Origin: the human T2T-CHM13v2.0 reference genome, Homo sapiens
Direction: 5' to 3' (one strand)
Assembly: GCF_009914755.1 (NCBI RefSeq)
Contig: NC_060935.1
DNA length: 64,000 bases
Part shown: positions 50,917-64,000 of the stretch, in pieces
Position numbering within the stretch: position 1 is the stretch's first letter
Layout of the letters: every line of letters begins with the position of its first letter
Position numbers and translations under genes: made by a program
Notes under the pieces: generated by a model
What the model was told of the DNA's origin: nothing
The model's input: the letters and a program-made list of their open reading frames with translations, nothing else
The model's database searches: none

Positions 50917-51492
50917 TCAACACCAACCCTGACGGTCCTACAGGCCACTTGCCATGGGCCTCTCCAAGTCCACACAGGTAACTTAATGAGAATAGCACAA
51001 GTGTTCTGATGTCACTGGTCATGTTTCAAAATGATCCTTAGCTTCCCTATCCTTATTTTTTAAATTTATGTATGTGGCCCTTGATATAAAGATGTTCTTT
51101 TCCCTAGTCTGAAGACACAAAAAATTCTGAGGATGGTTTCTTGCATGAAAATTCTCCATATGGGTGCAACACAGGGCTTGGGGCTCCAATACGCTCAACT
51201 GGACTTTGGGATCTATAAGGGGAAAGTGTGAGGACTCAGGACTAAGTCCATACTAAATAACAGATGTCTAGAAGAATCTTTTCTGTGCAATTCTCAAGAG
51301 GTAAGCATTTACCAAGGACGGGGAGGAGAGCTCTTGTCACTCCCTTCAAGAAAAACCAGAGCAAACAAATGAGATCTGAGAGTCACCTAATTTGGGTTCT
51401 GCCTCTCAGAGTGGTCAGCACCCATGCTATGCTGGTGAGTCCCCTTATATCTCTACATGCTTCTCCCACCCTCATACTCCAGCTCAACTCAC

Positions 51493-51616
51493 CCAGGAAA
51501 TCCCAAATGAAGACATTTTTGAAGAGCCGGGGCGATTTAAATCCATGCTGGAAAGCCTGTTCCAAGGCCGAGACAAGGCCACACTCTCCACAGAGCAACA
51601 GCGTCAGACTGCCTCG
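51493..51616 (-). CDS. DENND5A: DENND5A exon 21 (RUN2)
   Basis: [41 protein letters not shown]; tag|...|gtgagt; 124 nt. Confidence 0.95.
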
Positions 51617-52137
51617 CTACGTAAGGAAACAGGGGAGGGTGCCAGGCTTGTCTCAGCCGAGCTGCCCTCCCACCATTGCATCCCTAAACCCACAGCCCAG
51701 AGTTGGGAGGGCTGCAAAAGACAGGCTAGGACTTTGTCTGTTTCCCTAACACCTGGCACAGTGCCTGGCTCAGAGCAGCTCCCAGTGAAGAGCTGCTGAA
51801 TAAATGGATGAAAGAAGAGATGATGGATCTGGGTCACACACAAGGAGATTCTCCACTGGAGGACAAAGCCAGTGTGGCCACTATTCAAGGAGACCCAGGC
51901 AAATCTAGAAGAGGACAGGAATAGGCACTGTTCACTAGGGGCCCAGGGACTCTATTGGGTCATCAGTATGGAGGGAAAACAGGGTAACCTGAGGCAAAGG
52001 CCCCCAGAGGAAGGAGTCTGCTCCATCTCCAACTAGCTGAGGCACACACTCTACAAGACTCTAGGGTGTCCACAGCACATGGGCCTGGAAGAGCATAACA
52101 AGATAATCGGAAAAACAAAATTATTCTCTCTTATTCA

Positions 52138-52266
<129 letters not shown>

Positions 52267-52799
52267 TCAAGCAGACATCCCTAACCAATCTCTGAGGCTA
52301 ACAGTGCTTAGCTGCCTGAGCAGGAGACTGAGGACACGGGGAGGGCCCATAGGAGAGGCAGGGCAGCTGGACCCTAGGAAGCAGAGGCGCTTGCCCACCC
52401 AGCTTTGCTGATTTAGCTCTTCCGCAAATCTTGGGGGAAAAACACAAAAGCTAACACCTTAGAGTTCTATCTCTAAGAAATGCTGGTAAAGTTTAGTTTC
52501 CATTTTACCTTGGAATTGTGGGTAACCAAAAGAGAGCCAAGCCTTGGCTGTGAAGCCCAGGAATCAGGCAGGGGGAGTCCAGAAAGTAGGCCCCTCTCCT
52601 TTAATGGATCATGCATGAATATATACAGCGCCCAGGTTTGGCAGCATGAGTTCTCTCCTCTCCTGCCAGCCCTCTAAGGAGAGTGCCAAATGCTCTCAGT
52701 GATTCATAAGAGAAGGGTGCCATATGTGTGAGGTGGCTTTGTTAGCAGAAGTGTTTCCTGAGGCAGCTGCACAGGCTGGGACCCAGGTTCCCATTATCA

Positions 52800-53165
<366 letters not shown>

Positions 53166-53279
53166 TCAATGCTCTGCTGGTTCCACCATGTATCATCAGA
53201 GAATCACCCTGAGTGGCATAGGTGGCCTGGGATCTGGGCACAGCAATTCCACACATCTTCACCTAGAAACCCTCCTTCT

Positions 53280-53593
<314 letters not shown>

Positions 53594-53764
53594 AAGAAAC
53601 CCTCCTTCTACTTACTTTCAAGTGTATGAGGCAGAGCCAAACAGGAAGTTGCCTCAGGTTATCACAACCTAAAGGGTCTCCTTGGGAACTCCACATACCC
53701 AAGCATCGAAGAGCTCCTGTAGATACACCTTGCCCCTCTACCTTACAGCCTGAGGGTATACTTA

Positions 53765-53884
<120 letters not shown>

Positions 53885-54440
53885 CTATTAGAGAATAGAG
53901 AAGATGAGGTAGGTCAGGAAAATCAGAGAAAAGAACAGTAGTTCTCGGAGGCACAGATCTGACTGGCTGCCTGCAACCTGACCCCTCAGCATCTGCAGGC
54001 TTAGAGGTCATGGCTCTACATACCGCCAGAACTGCGGTACAGCACTATCTCATGGGGGTGCCCAAGGCTGAGAAAGAAAACACTCTACCTAGAAGAACAG
54101 GGTCAGGGAGCAAGAGATTCTGGAAGTGGGTTCTGAGGTCTCTGGGAACAGGTGGGCTGAGTAGCTGAAAGAACTCCTGGGGACTTCTCAACACACTATG
54201 CATGGAGAGATGTGCATGTCCAGACAAGTAAGTGCCTTCCAAACATTGTTTAGACAGGGTGGGGTCCCCCTCCTCAGGGTCAGTCTTTGGATCCAGCCTC
54301 AGATCATCTCAGGAAGGTCAGCTATGCTGAAGCATTAAACTGTACATAGCAAGCCCTCTGAAAAACCCTGCAGAAAACTCCCCAAAGCGGCTGTTGCAAA
54401 CTCAGATCCCCACAGAGCTGTGGCCCCAAATAACACATAC

Positions 54441-54586
54441 CTCGAAGGTCATCTCTAGCACATTCCTGGGAATCTGCATGATCTGTGTCTCACCCAATTC
54501 TCCTGATATACAGATCCATGGGTTGGCAGTGAACATGGAGCCCCCCAGCTTCTTGCTTGGTACGATCAGAATGTGGTACGGGATCA
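54441..54586 (-). CDS. DENND5A: DENND5A exon 17 (PLAT start)
   Basis: [48 protein letters not shown]; 146 nt. Confidence 0.95.
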
Positions 54587-55795
54587 CTGTTTAGGGGAAG
54601 CCACAAAAGTATTGAGGAGAATCAGGAATCTTTCCCATACCAGATGGGACTCTGACCTGCTCCAGGAAGGCTGGCACAACTGTGGCTCCTGCTATCTCAG
54701 CTCAAGCAGAGCCCTGGAACAAGAGGGCCCCAGGACCTAGTCCCTGGCTAATGTAGAATATTAGCCAGCTACCCCATGGCCCCTCCTCAATTTCACTCCT
54801 CTCAGGCTTACCACCCAAACATCAAAGATCCAAGCCTATCTGTAGGCTCAGAACTAAATGAACCTGTTCGTTAAACAATATCCCCAACTCCTAACATTGT
54901 ACTGAACTGCTTTTTAGAGCACTCTTCAATCTATCATCTCATGAACCCTAATAACAATCATAATCTTTGGAGAGGAAGTATTGCAATCCTTTTTCCAAGG
55001 CACAGAGAAAGAAAGTTTGCCTCGGGTCTTCTAAATTCCAGTCCAGGGCTACTTCTATTAAGCCCACAGCCCTAGTCTCTAAAAGGGAAGATGCAGCATC
55101 AGACAGAAACAAGAGTCCATGCTGCTGAGTAACTGGCCAAAGAACTAGCCATGTGGCAAACTCAGAGACTACCCTCCACCCAGTAGAGAATCCTGGCATC
55201 AGGGAAAGAAGAGGCTCAAAGGGAATTAGACCATATTGAACCCTCTTCCCTCTTCTGTAAATAGAGAGACTGGGACTCACAGCAGGATAGACTCTGCTCA
55301 CAGACACATAATGAGTTAGCCAAAGCTGAGCCCAGAATGAAATCTCCCACTGGTATCTGGAGTTCTTTCTGCTACCTCAGAAAAGAGCTCTTTTTCCCTT
55401 CAGCCTGGTTTGAAACATTCTGTGATGCCAAGTGAGCCTCTCAGGCGAAAACAAAAGGGAGATTCTTTGTGGGTATGCAGGGAGGGAGGTAAACTGCATC
55501 AGCTCAACTGACTCCACTCCACCTTCATCAGCTTAGGCTCCCAGAGCAGTGCCTAGGACAACACCGACAACACAATGGCAAAAAAGACTGAGCTCTCCAG
55601 TTCAGAACAAGAATGAGAAACTTCAGAGAAAACACAGCCTCCAAGGAGGGCAAGTGCACCTCTCTCCCCACAGAGGCAAAAGACAAATAGAAAGTACAAG
55701 GGATAATCTTCTTTCTTTAAAAAGGGGACAATGAGTGAGTCTCAGGCAGGTTCATAAAGACTGCCTTGAGAAGGCCAGCTGGGAGCACAGGGCTA

Positions 55796-55975
<180 letters not shown>

Positions 55976-58851
55976 CTAGAATTTTCAGTTCTGGAAGGAG
56001 ACAGCTAAGGGAAGCATAAGATGTCAAGCTTCAAGTTCCTTAGGTTCACCCTATAAAGGAACAAAGCTAGCTACTCTAACTAAGGGACAGAGGGACAACG
56101 GTTTAAGCTACAGCAGGAACAACAAAAATCAAATACTGCCTGTGTCCAAGGTATGTTGATGTTACTATAATATCAAGTGTCAGAAGTCATGAAATCTCCT
56201 TTTCTAAACTGAGGGCTGGAATGAAATTCCATCAAGGATGACACAGGTCTTCTCAGGCTTCTAGCTAGGCTGTCAGCTAGTGTATGGTGTGTGAGTGGCA
56301 GTGGATGAAGGTCTGTGGTCACCATTCATCACCAGGCCTAGTTTCGAACCCTGAGTAGATCTGAGAGCCACAAGTCAGAACACTGCTCTGAATGGGGGTA
56401 TAAGCCTAGGACAGATTCAGAGGCGAGAAAGGGCAGGCTTCTGCTCCCGCCTCTGATCCAGGTCACAGGCAAGGAAGAGCCATGCAGATCATATCCTTCC
56501 CCTTTTTTCAAACTTTCTCCCTTCATTTTCACTGCCTATTCATCAGAGGTCAACTCCTTTGCCTGACATTCCAGGCCCTCCGCAGCTTCAAAGCAATGAT
56601 ATCTTCCCCCAAATAGAGGAGACACCCAGAGCCAAATGTACAGGCCTTCAACACAAAGAACAAAAGAAGACAACTGTCCTGGTTGTCCAAGCTGCAATCA
56701 CCATGGCCAGACGGGTACAGAATTCAGAACTGTGAGGTTCTACCTAGCCAGGTTTACAAGGCACTTTCAACAGATAATTTATCAACCCAGGCCTGTTATG
56801 TCCAGGTGCTGGAGAGGAAAGCGCCTATCCTCAAATGCAGTCTAAGTGAATAAATCAGGTAAAGGCCATGGTATAGGACTGCTCACAATGAATAATCAAA
56901 CAAAAGGCTGTTTCTGGGAATTTAAAGAGCCATACGCTTCAGTGGTCCTGGAAGGCCTTCTAGAACAAGAGGGACCTGAAGGGCAGCAGAAATTTAGACA
57001 ACTGTTGTACAGACAGGTTTGGAAACCAGTTTGGCTGGAGTTGAGGGTTCAGGGAAGTGATCAGTTAGCAATGAGACTAAGAAGTTAAGCTACTGTACCA
57101 AAGGTGTCAAATGAAAAAAAAAAAAGGCTATTCAAATGAAGGAAGGTCCTAAAATTTTAAACTAAGGAGTTTGCAATCTGCCCAGTAAGTAAGGGGTTTC
57201 TGCAATTTGCCCTAGAAAAAGAGACAGCCATGACCAACTTCAGGAAATTTAAATTTAGTGCAGGTGAGAAGTGAAAGGGAAATGAGGATTAAACTAAGTC
57301 TGTGCAGTAAAAATGGTAAGGAGACAGGTGGGACAGAGGTGAAGAACCTGAAACCTGTATGTGGGAGATAAAGCAAAGCAAGGAGTCAAAACTGACTCCA
57401 AATTTTCAGTGTAGGTACGGAGAAGAAGTGGGGGTAAGCTTTTCAGAGAGCACAGTGGTGACATTAACAAAAAATCTGAGAGTAAAGTAGTTATGGTGAA
57501 GACTCTGTGAAGCTTGCTTTTGTTCTCTCTGAGCTAAAGATAGAATATCAGAATGGAAATAAATGCAGGAGTGGAGTTTAAAAGACATGTCAGGGCTAGA
57601 ACTTCAGATGTGGGCATCTCCTGCTTAGAGGTGAGAGAAGTCATGAGAATTGGGTGAGATCACCAAGTAAGAGAGCAAGCGAGAAAGCAACAAAGAAACT
57701 GTGTGCATGCAAAGAATTGAAGATGGTGAAAGCCAACACTGTGCAAAGAGTAAGCGGAGAAAGAGAACAAGATGGTATAAGGTCATGGCAGCCACATAAA
57801 GTGAGTTTCAAGGTAAAGGGGGCACTACATGGTATTAGTCACTGCAGACAAGTTAAGGAGAAAGAGTTTAGGCTCCCTATATGGGAGCTAACTCATTTCT
57901 TCCTTTGGAATTTAGAATTCAGTGGGTCCCATGAATACACAGCCCCCATGAATATACAACCCTGCCTCCACCTTATCCCATCTCCAAGCTACAAACAGTC
58001 TTGGGGGCTAGCTGGAAATCCCAGAGACTGAGGGACATTCTATCAAGATATACTCTTCATAGACTGTCCACCTCCTGTCTGTGCAGCTAAGCATACCTTT
58101 TATGTGGGCTGGCTGAATCCCTAGTGGATGCCAAGCAACATGCTCAGCCTTGGGAAAGGGACAGGTTTATGCCTTCAATGAAAGCAAACTTCAGTAAGTA
58201 GCAAGCAAATAGACAATGATAATACAACACATCATGGTGAAAAGGGGATGAACAAATATTCTAACAAATGTTATGCATGCCTGGAAGAGGGATGAACCAC
58301 GTTTCTGGGGAGTCCAGGAAAACTCTGGGAAAGAAAACTGAGCCCTGAAGAAGTTTACCAGGTAGAGTGTGGACAGGGACTAGGGTCATGCAGAAGTACA
58401 GACAAGAAAAGGCTACAGACATCCCGAGAGGGGTGAGGGGTATGATGTGTTGAACAAGAGAGAGAAGAGGACATCTCAGAAGTTTCCTTTTAATTCTCCA
58501 ATCCTTTGCTCCCCAGAACAGGAAAGAGACAAAGGAAACGCCTTATGTCCAAGAGGTATACATGTCACCTGAATACAGGAAGGAGAGGAAGACCTCATCC
58601 TTCCCACTACCTCTCCAAGAAAGCTAGTTTTGGGCATGCAGGTTGAGAAGACAGGGAGAACCAATATAGCGGAAGTATTCTTCTACTGATAAAAAGGGAG
58701 AAGAGGAAATACTGCAAAACCTTCATAAGCAAAGAGGTTAGCTGAATGCAGCAGCAATGTCACACTGAATACTCCCCCTTCCCACACAAGTTTCCAATCT
58801 CTTCCCTCCATTCCTGGGAGCCTGCTTCTACTCCTGGCGGAGCAGCCTTAC

Positions 58852-58980
58852 TTGGTGAGCTCATGGTCTGAGAGGAGCTGCTTCAGGTGTCTGGAAAGTA
58901 ACTTTTTTTCCATGGACAGTCGCACCCATGCTCTGGCCTTTCCCACATCAGTCTTGATTTCCCCGATGTTCTGGATGTGC
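58852..58980 (-). CDS. DENND5A: DENND5A exon 15 (RUN1)
   Basis: [42 protein letters not shown]; 129 nt; [11 protein letters not shown] motif. Confidence 0.95.
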
Positions 58981-59450
58981 CTGGAGGAAGAATGTAAAAA
59001 GGAAGTGGAGGGTGGGATGGGAGATGAACTCACTGCCAATAACTTACCTGTAAAGCCAAAGGAGACCTGCTGAGACAGACTTATCTCACCCTGGGAGAGC
59101 CTATCTCTATATTCTCCAAATACTGGGCTTCCATGTAGCTTTACCAGATAGGCTCACCATATTTTGGGAGGAAAAAAGACAGTACAGCCCTTAAAAAGCC
59201 AGGCTAACTCTGAGCCCTTAGGGCCTGAGATACTCTCCTATGCTCCCTCACCTCCAAAAATGCCAGGAAACCCAACGGTTTGTACAGCTTTACAAATGTA
59301 TTATGAAACACAAGGCTTTGTGATTAGGAGGGCTTCCATGTTAGCTGAGATGCTGTAGCAGCCACTGAGACCTTGTTACTAAAAGTGGACACCTAAGCAG
59401 CAACTGAAAACAGGATTTTAGTGGCTTATTACATGTGAGCCCATACTGAC

Positions 59451-59535
59451 CTCATATCCTGAATCAGGGAGATCCTCAGGGGAGGCATGAGTGAGCTGGC
59501 ATCAGACTTCCTACGTTCTGAATCAAGAAGTATTC
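59451..59535 (-). CDS. DENND5A: DENND5A exon 14
   Basis: [27 protein letters not shown]; 85 nt; tag|...|gtcagt. Confidence 0.93.
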
Positions 59536-59719
59536 CTAGAATAAACAAGTTGGTCATGTCCAAAGAGATCTGAATATCCAAATAGCTGACTGCCCTTCCC
59601 TTACCTTAAATCACAAATTGCTATGGGAAACAGGTGGTTACACTGGTAACACTTTAATTGATTGTTTCATAAATATTTATGAAATTCCTACTAGAGACCG
59701 AATTTTACATTTTTATGGA

Positions 59720-59900
59720 TATTATCTCATTTAATTCTCTAACAATTTATAAGGTAGCCAAAAAAGATATCACAATTTCCCCCACTTAACAGAGAAGGAA
59801 AATGACATTCAGAGAGGTTAGCTGCTTTGCCTATGTCACCAAGCAGCAAAGTCAGTACTGGAACACAGACCTCCTGGCTCCTAGTCTATCATGCTCTCAC
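59720..59900. mobile_element. MIR SINE
   Basis: ATCTCATTTAATTCTC..AGAGAGGTTAGCTGCTTTGCC. Confidence 0.6.
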
Positions 59901-60907
59901 CATGATCCACAGAAGCAGTGCTTCCACTTGGAGCCACTACTCACATCCTGTTCTGGCTTCACAGCAGCCTACAAAAGCCCAAGAGAATATATAAAGAACA
60001 AGAATGTTCTGGTTCTGTTCCAGAATGATAGGACCTCTAGGAGAAGAGAAGATATAATACCTTTATATCCTCATGTCTGGCCTAATGTTTAAAACTTAGT
60101 ATTTTCATCATCAAGCTGTTGAGAATTTTTGGCTACAGTTTATTCCTCAGCAATGACTTCTATAGCATTCTTAATAAGAACCTGCTTTTACACATCCAGA
60201 AAGCGGGCCAAAAAAATTCCTCATAAGCCTACCTGGAGAACTCTTGTCTCTAGTTTTCAGCCAATTATCTCCCCAGGTTCAGTGCTAGTTAAGGTCAACT
60301 AGTTCAAGGGCAACGAGTTCATGCCCATCTTTTTACCCCATTTAACTCACCTTTACCATTAAGATAAAAACATCCAAGAAAGGTAAACAAATGTCTGGCA
60401 GAGTGGAGAACAAAGGATGATGTGAAGGGGAGATGCACCCAAGAAGTAAAAGAAGCAGGGAGACTAGCCTGGAAAGGACACTGTAGGATGGTCTAAACAT
60501 CAGAGCAGGAGATAAGATGACTGGCTCTTGTTTGGCCTCTTCCATGAGCTCACTTTGTGATCTTAAGTAAATTCAATTCCTCTCCAGACTCGTTTCCTCC
60601 TCTTGTAAAATAAAGGGCCTGGACTAGATGACCTCTGGAGTTGCCACAAACTCTGACATTTTTATTAGGTTAGAAACAGAAAGGAAGTATAAGGGATCAT
60701 TCACACCAGGACTTGACTTTGAGGAGGTCCAAGGAAGGACACTGACCAACAGCTCTCTTGACTAACGGGATAGATAATCATAATGCCCATGTCAGAGAAA
60801 TAAAACAAAAGACTCTGAAAACAGCCTGCTCCAAACCCAGGACACCAGTACCACAGTAAAACCCATATTCATTCTGAGACTGGCCTCTTGCCCAAATAAA
60901 TTTTCTA

Positions 60908-61261
<354 letters not shown>

Positions 61262-61492
61262 TCAAGGCTTTCAACATACAGATAGAAGCTTTTGCTAAAA
61301 AAATATATGTACTGTTTCTTGTTTCAATGTACATCCAGGACACAGTGTATGCAAATATATCAATTTACTAAAATCCAGAAGAAATATAAACAATGGAAGG
61401 TAACAGAAAAAGGAAAGGGTCCCCTACTGGGAATAGAAAGGAGATGGGAAAGAGAGCCTGGTAAGGGACCAGTGGATAAGAAAGAAAAAAGC

Positions 61493-62142
61493 AGCTGGGC
61501 ACGGTGGCTCACACCTGTAATCCCAACACTTCAGGAAGCCGAGGCGGGCAGATCACTTGAGGTCAGGAGTTCGATTCCAGCCTGGCCAACATGGTGAAAC
61601 CCTGTCTCTACTAAAAATACACAAATTAGCAGGATGTGGTGGTGCATGGCTATAATCCCAGCTACTCAGGAGGCAGGAGAATCACTTGAACCCGGGAGGC
61701 AGAGGTTGCAGTGAGCCTAGATCGCACCATTGCACTCCAGCCTGGGCGACAGGGTGAGACGCCGTCTCAAAAAAAAAAAAACAAAAAAGAAAGAAAGAAA
61801 AAAGCAGGCCAGGCACAGTGTCTCACACCTGTAATCCCAACCCCAACACTGGGAGGCCAAGGCGGGCGGATCACTTGAGGTCAGAAGTTCGGGACCAGCC
61901 TAGCCAACACAGCAAAACCCTTACTAAAAATACAAAAATTAGCCGGGAGTGGTGGCACACGCCTGCTGTCCCAGCTACTCGGGAGGCTGAGGCAAGAGGA
62001 TCACTCGAACCGAACCTGGGAGGTGGAGGGAGTTGAACCTGGGGGGCAGAGGTTGCAGTGAGCCAGGATCATGCCGCTGCACTCCAGCCTGGGTGACAGA
62101 ATGAGGCTCCCTCTCAAAAAAAAAAAAAAAAAAAAAAAAAAG
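61493..62142 (+). mobile_element. Two tandem AluS elements (61493-61803; 61807-62142)
   Basis: TSD AAGAAAGAAAAAAGCAG around the first; the second has internal micro-duplications near 61835 and 62007-62045. Confidence 0.88.
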
Positions 62143-62879
62143 AAGCAAATGACCTATCATCCTCTAAATGGTCTGCTGGTTTTATGTCAGCTTGATGGCT
62201 TTTGCACAGAGGAGTGGATATCCAGCCTATAAGCTTCCATCTTAGCTCCTGAATTTCCTAAAATATTTAAAGTTATTCCTTTAAATATTGTTCTAGTCCT
62301 GATTTTGCTACTTGGTGAACTAGGCAAAGCAGTTTGGTGAACTTCTCTGAATGTCAGTTTCCTTCTCTGTTAAGTGGGGGAAACTGTGGTATCTTTGGCT
62401 ACCTTATAAGTTGTTAGTGCAGGCCAGGGAGAGTAAGTCATCACTATAACAAGGATTTACTATTGAAGGTATAGTTGAAGAAATGTGCAGAAAGGTAGGC
62501 TGGTACTTAACTGCATGGCTGAAATAAACTACAGTCAATATAATAGAACCTTGGCGTTTGGAAAGGTAAGAACTGCACTTTAAACCATTTGAGATATGTA
62601 GCAATTTGTCATTTTGCCAAGGCACAAACCTGAATAGTATTTGCAAGCCTGATGTGAGGGAGTAATTCACCTGGGTAATGAGTGAGCCCAGCTGGTCACC
62701 CAGCAACTGCTTTGTCTCTTTCTAATCATCGTTCAGTACATCATAACCCTTGTTAAGTGATAACTTTATTTCAGATTCATGGTAAATGTTCCCATGCAGA
62801 TAATAAAATAATATAAAGGTGGTATGTTTGTTTTAGTAAGATTACAATAATTTTATAAATGACTTTGGTTCTATAATAA

Positions 62880-63140
62880 TGATAGAAGCTACCAGGTCTT
62901 GAGGCTTACTATGAACTAAGCACTATGTCAGATGTTCAAAATACAATATTTTAATTAATGCTCCCAACAGTCTAATAAGGTAGATATCTCTATCCCTATT
63001 TTCTGTAGAGAAGAAGAAATTGAGGATCGGAAAGGTTAAGTTAACTTGTAAGAGGTCACACCGTTAGTAAGCAGAGTGTTGGGATTCAAGCTTAAGTCTA
63101 TCTAATGTCAAAACCATTGCTCTTAATAACTATGCTACAC
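62880..63140. mobile_element. MIR SINE
   Basis: GAAATTGAGGATCGGAAAGGTTAAGTTAACTTGTAAGAGGTCACA. Confidence 0.7.
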
Positions 63141-63638
63141 GAGATGCTTCTGAAAAGATCATTTAACTTTTTAAGTTATACTTTCTGAGGAAAATTTTGT
63201 GCTATGGAATTAATGTGAAGATTTAAGGTCTTAAGATATACCCCATGAGAATACTGAGGGTCTATTTTGTTTCTATTCACAAACTTGATCTACTCTGGGG
63301 AAAAAAAAAATCAAACATCTGAATGGTAGGAAACCCTCGCTATAGATCAGCAAGCTGTCAAAATAAGCTTGCTGTATGTTTGTACTTCCTACAAAATTCA
63401 TAAACTTAAAACCCAACAACTTCAAAGACAATTTTTAAAATATATAAAAACTAAAATTAGAAAATACCAGGTTTTATTCATCCAAATAACAAATATTTGA
63501 AAAAAAAAATGTCTAACAACATTAATGAGACTTACAAATCCTATACTAACTGCTTCTAAGAAGGTCTATTGTTTCCTGTTGGGAGCCAAAAAGAAAAAAA
63601 AATTTTAATTTAAAAAACTTAAAAAAAAAAAGAAGGTT

Positions 63639-63930
63639 GACTGGGCGCAGTGGCTCACATCTGTAACCCCAGCACTTTGGGAGGCCGAGGTGGGTGGACC
63701 ACCTGAAGTCAGGAGTTCGAGACCAACCTGGCCAACAGGAGGAAACCCCATCTCTACTAAAATACAAAAATTAGGCGCGCATGGTGACAGGCACCTGTAA
63801 TCCCAGCTACTCAGGAGGCTGAGGCAGGAGAACTGCTTGAACCCAGGAGGCAGAGATTGCAGTGAGTCAAGATGGCACTACTGCACTCCAGCCTGGGCAA
63901 CAGGGTGAGACTCCATTTAAAAAAAAAAAA
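63639..63930 (+). mobile_element. AluS
   Basis: Canonical dimer with A-tail. Confidence 0.9.
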
Positions 63931-64000
63931 AGGTCTATTAATGTATCTAACAGATAATATAAGAGCTTAAAATATTTATGGTCTTTGACTTAGTAATTCA

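Noticed and set aside
51264-51799. 161-aa and 135-aa plus-strand ORFs
   Set aside because: Antisense to DENND5A exon 21, no recognisable domain.

Overview
Primate (human or great-ape) genomic DNA matching the SCUBE2 - KRT8 pseudogene - DENND5A interval (human 11p15.4 by recognition). The window opens in a CpG island holding SCUBE2 coding exon 1 (minus strand, signal peptide). It ends with the last 11 coding exons and 3'UTR of DENND5A (minus strand; RUN1/PLAT/RUN2 region). I traced those exons by hand: all junctions are GT-AG and in phase, giving 1428 nt including the stop. The ~47 kb between the genes is mostly transposon debris: a KRT8 retrocopy, a full-length HERV-W solo LTR17, a near full-length Tigger1, a long MER45/Zaphod-type hAT element, THE1/MST/MLT LTRs, an ERVL pol + LTR16 remnant, several L1s and about 30 Alus. 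I found no convincing new gene or biological system. The most unusual signals are fossil DNA-repair and retroposition events: a two-template patchwork insertion inside a Tigger3 element in DENND5A intron 22, a ~360-bp locally copied LTR segment, an inverted RT core in the ERVL, a candidate retrocopied mRNA 3' end, and an L1 with a ~40-bp target duplication. Repeat subfamily names and exon numbers come from recall of consensus and reference sequences, not from a search. Boundaries of old repeats are approximate.
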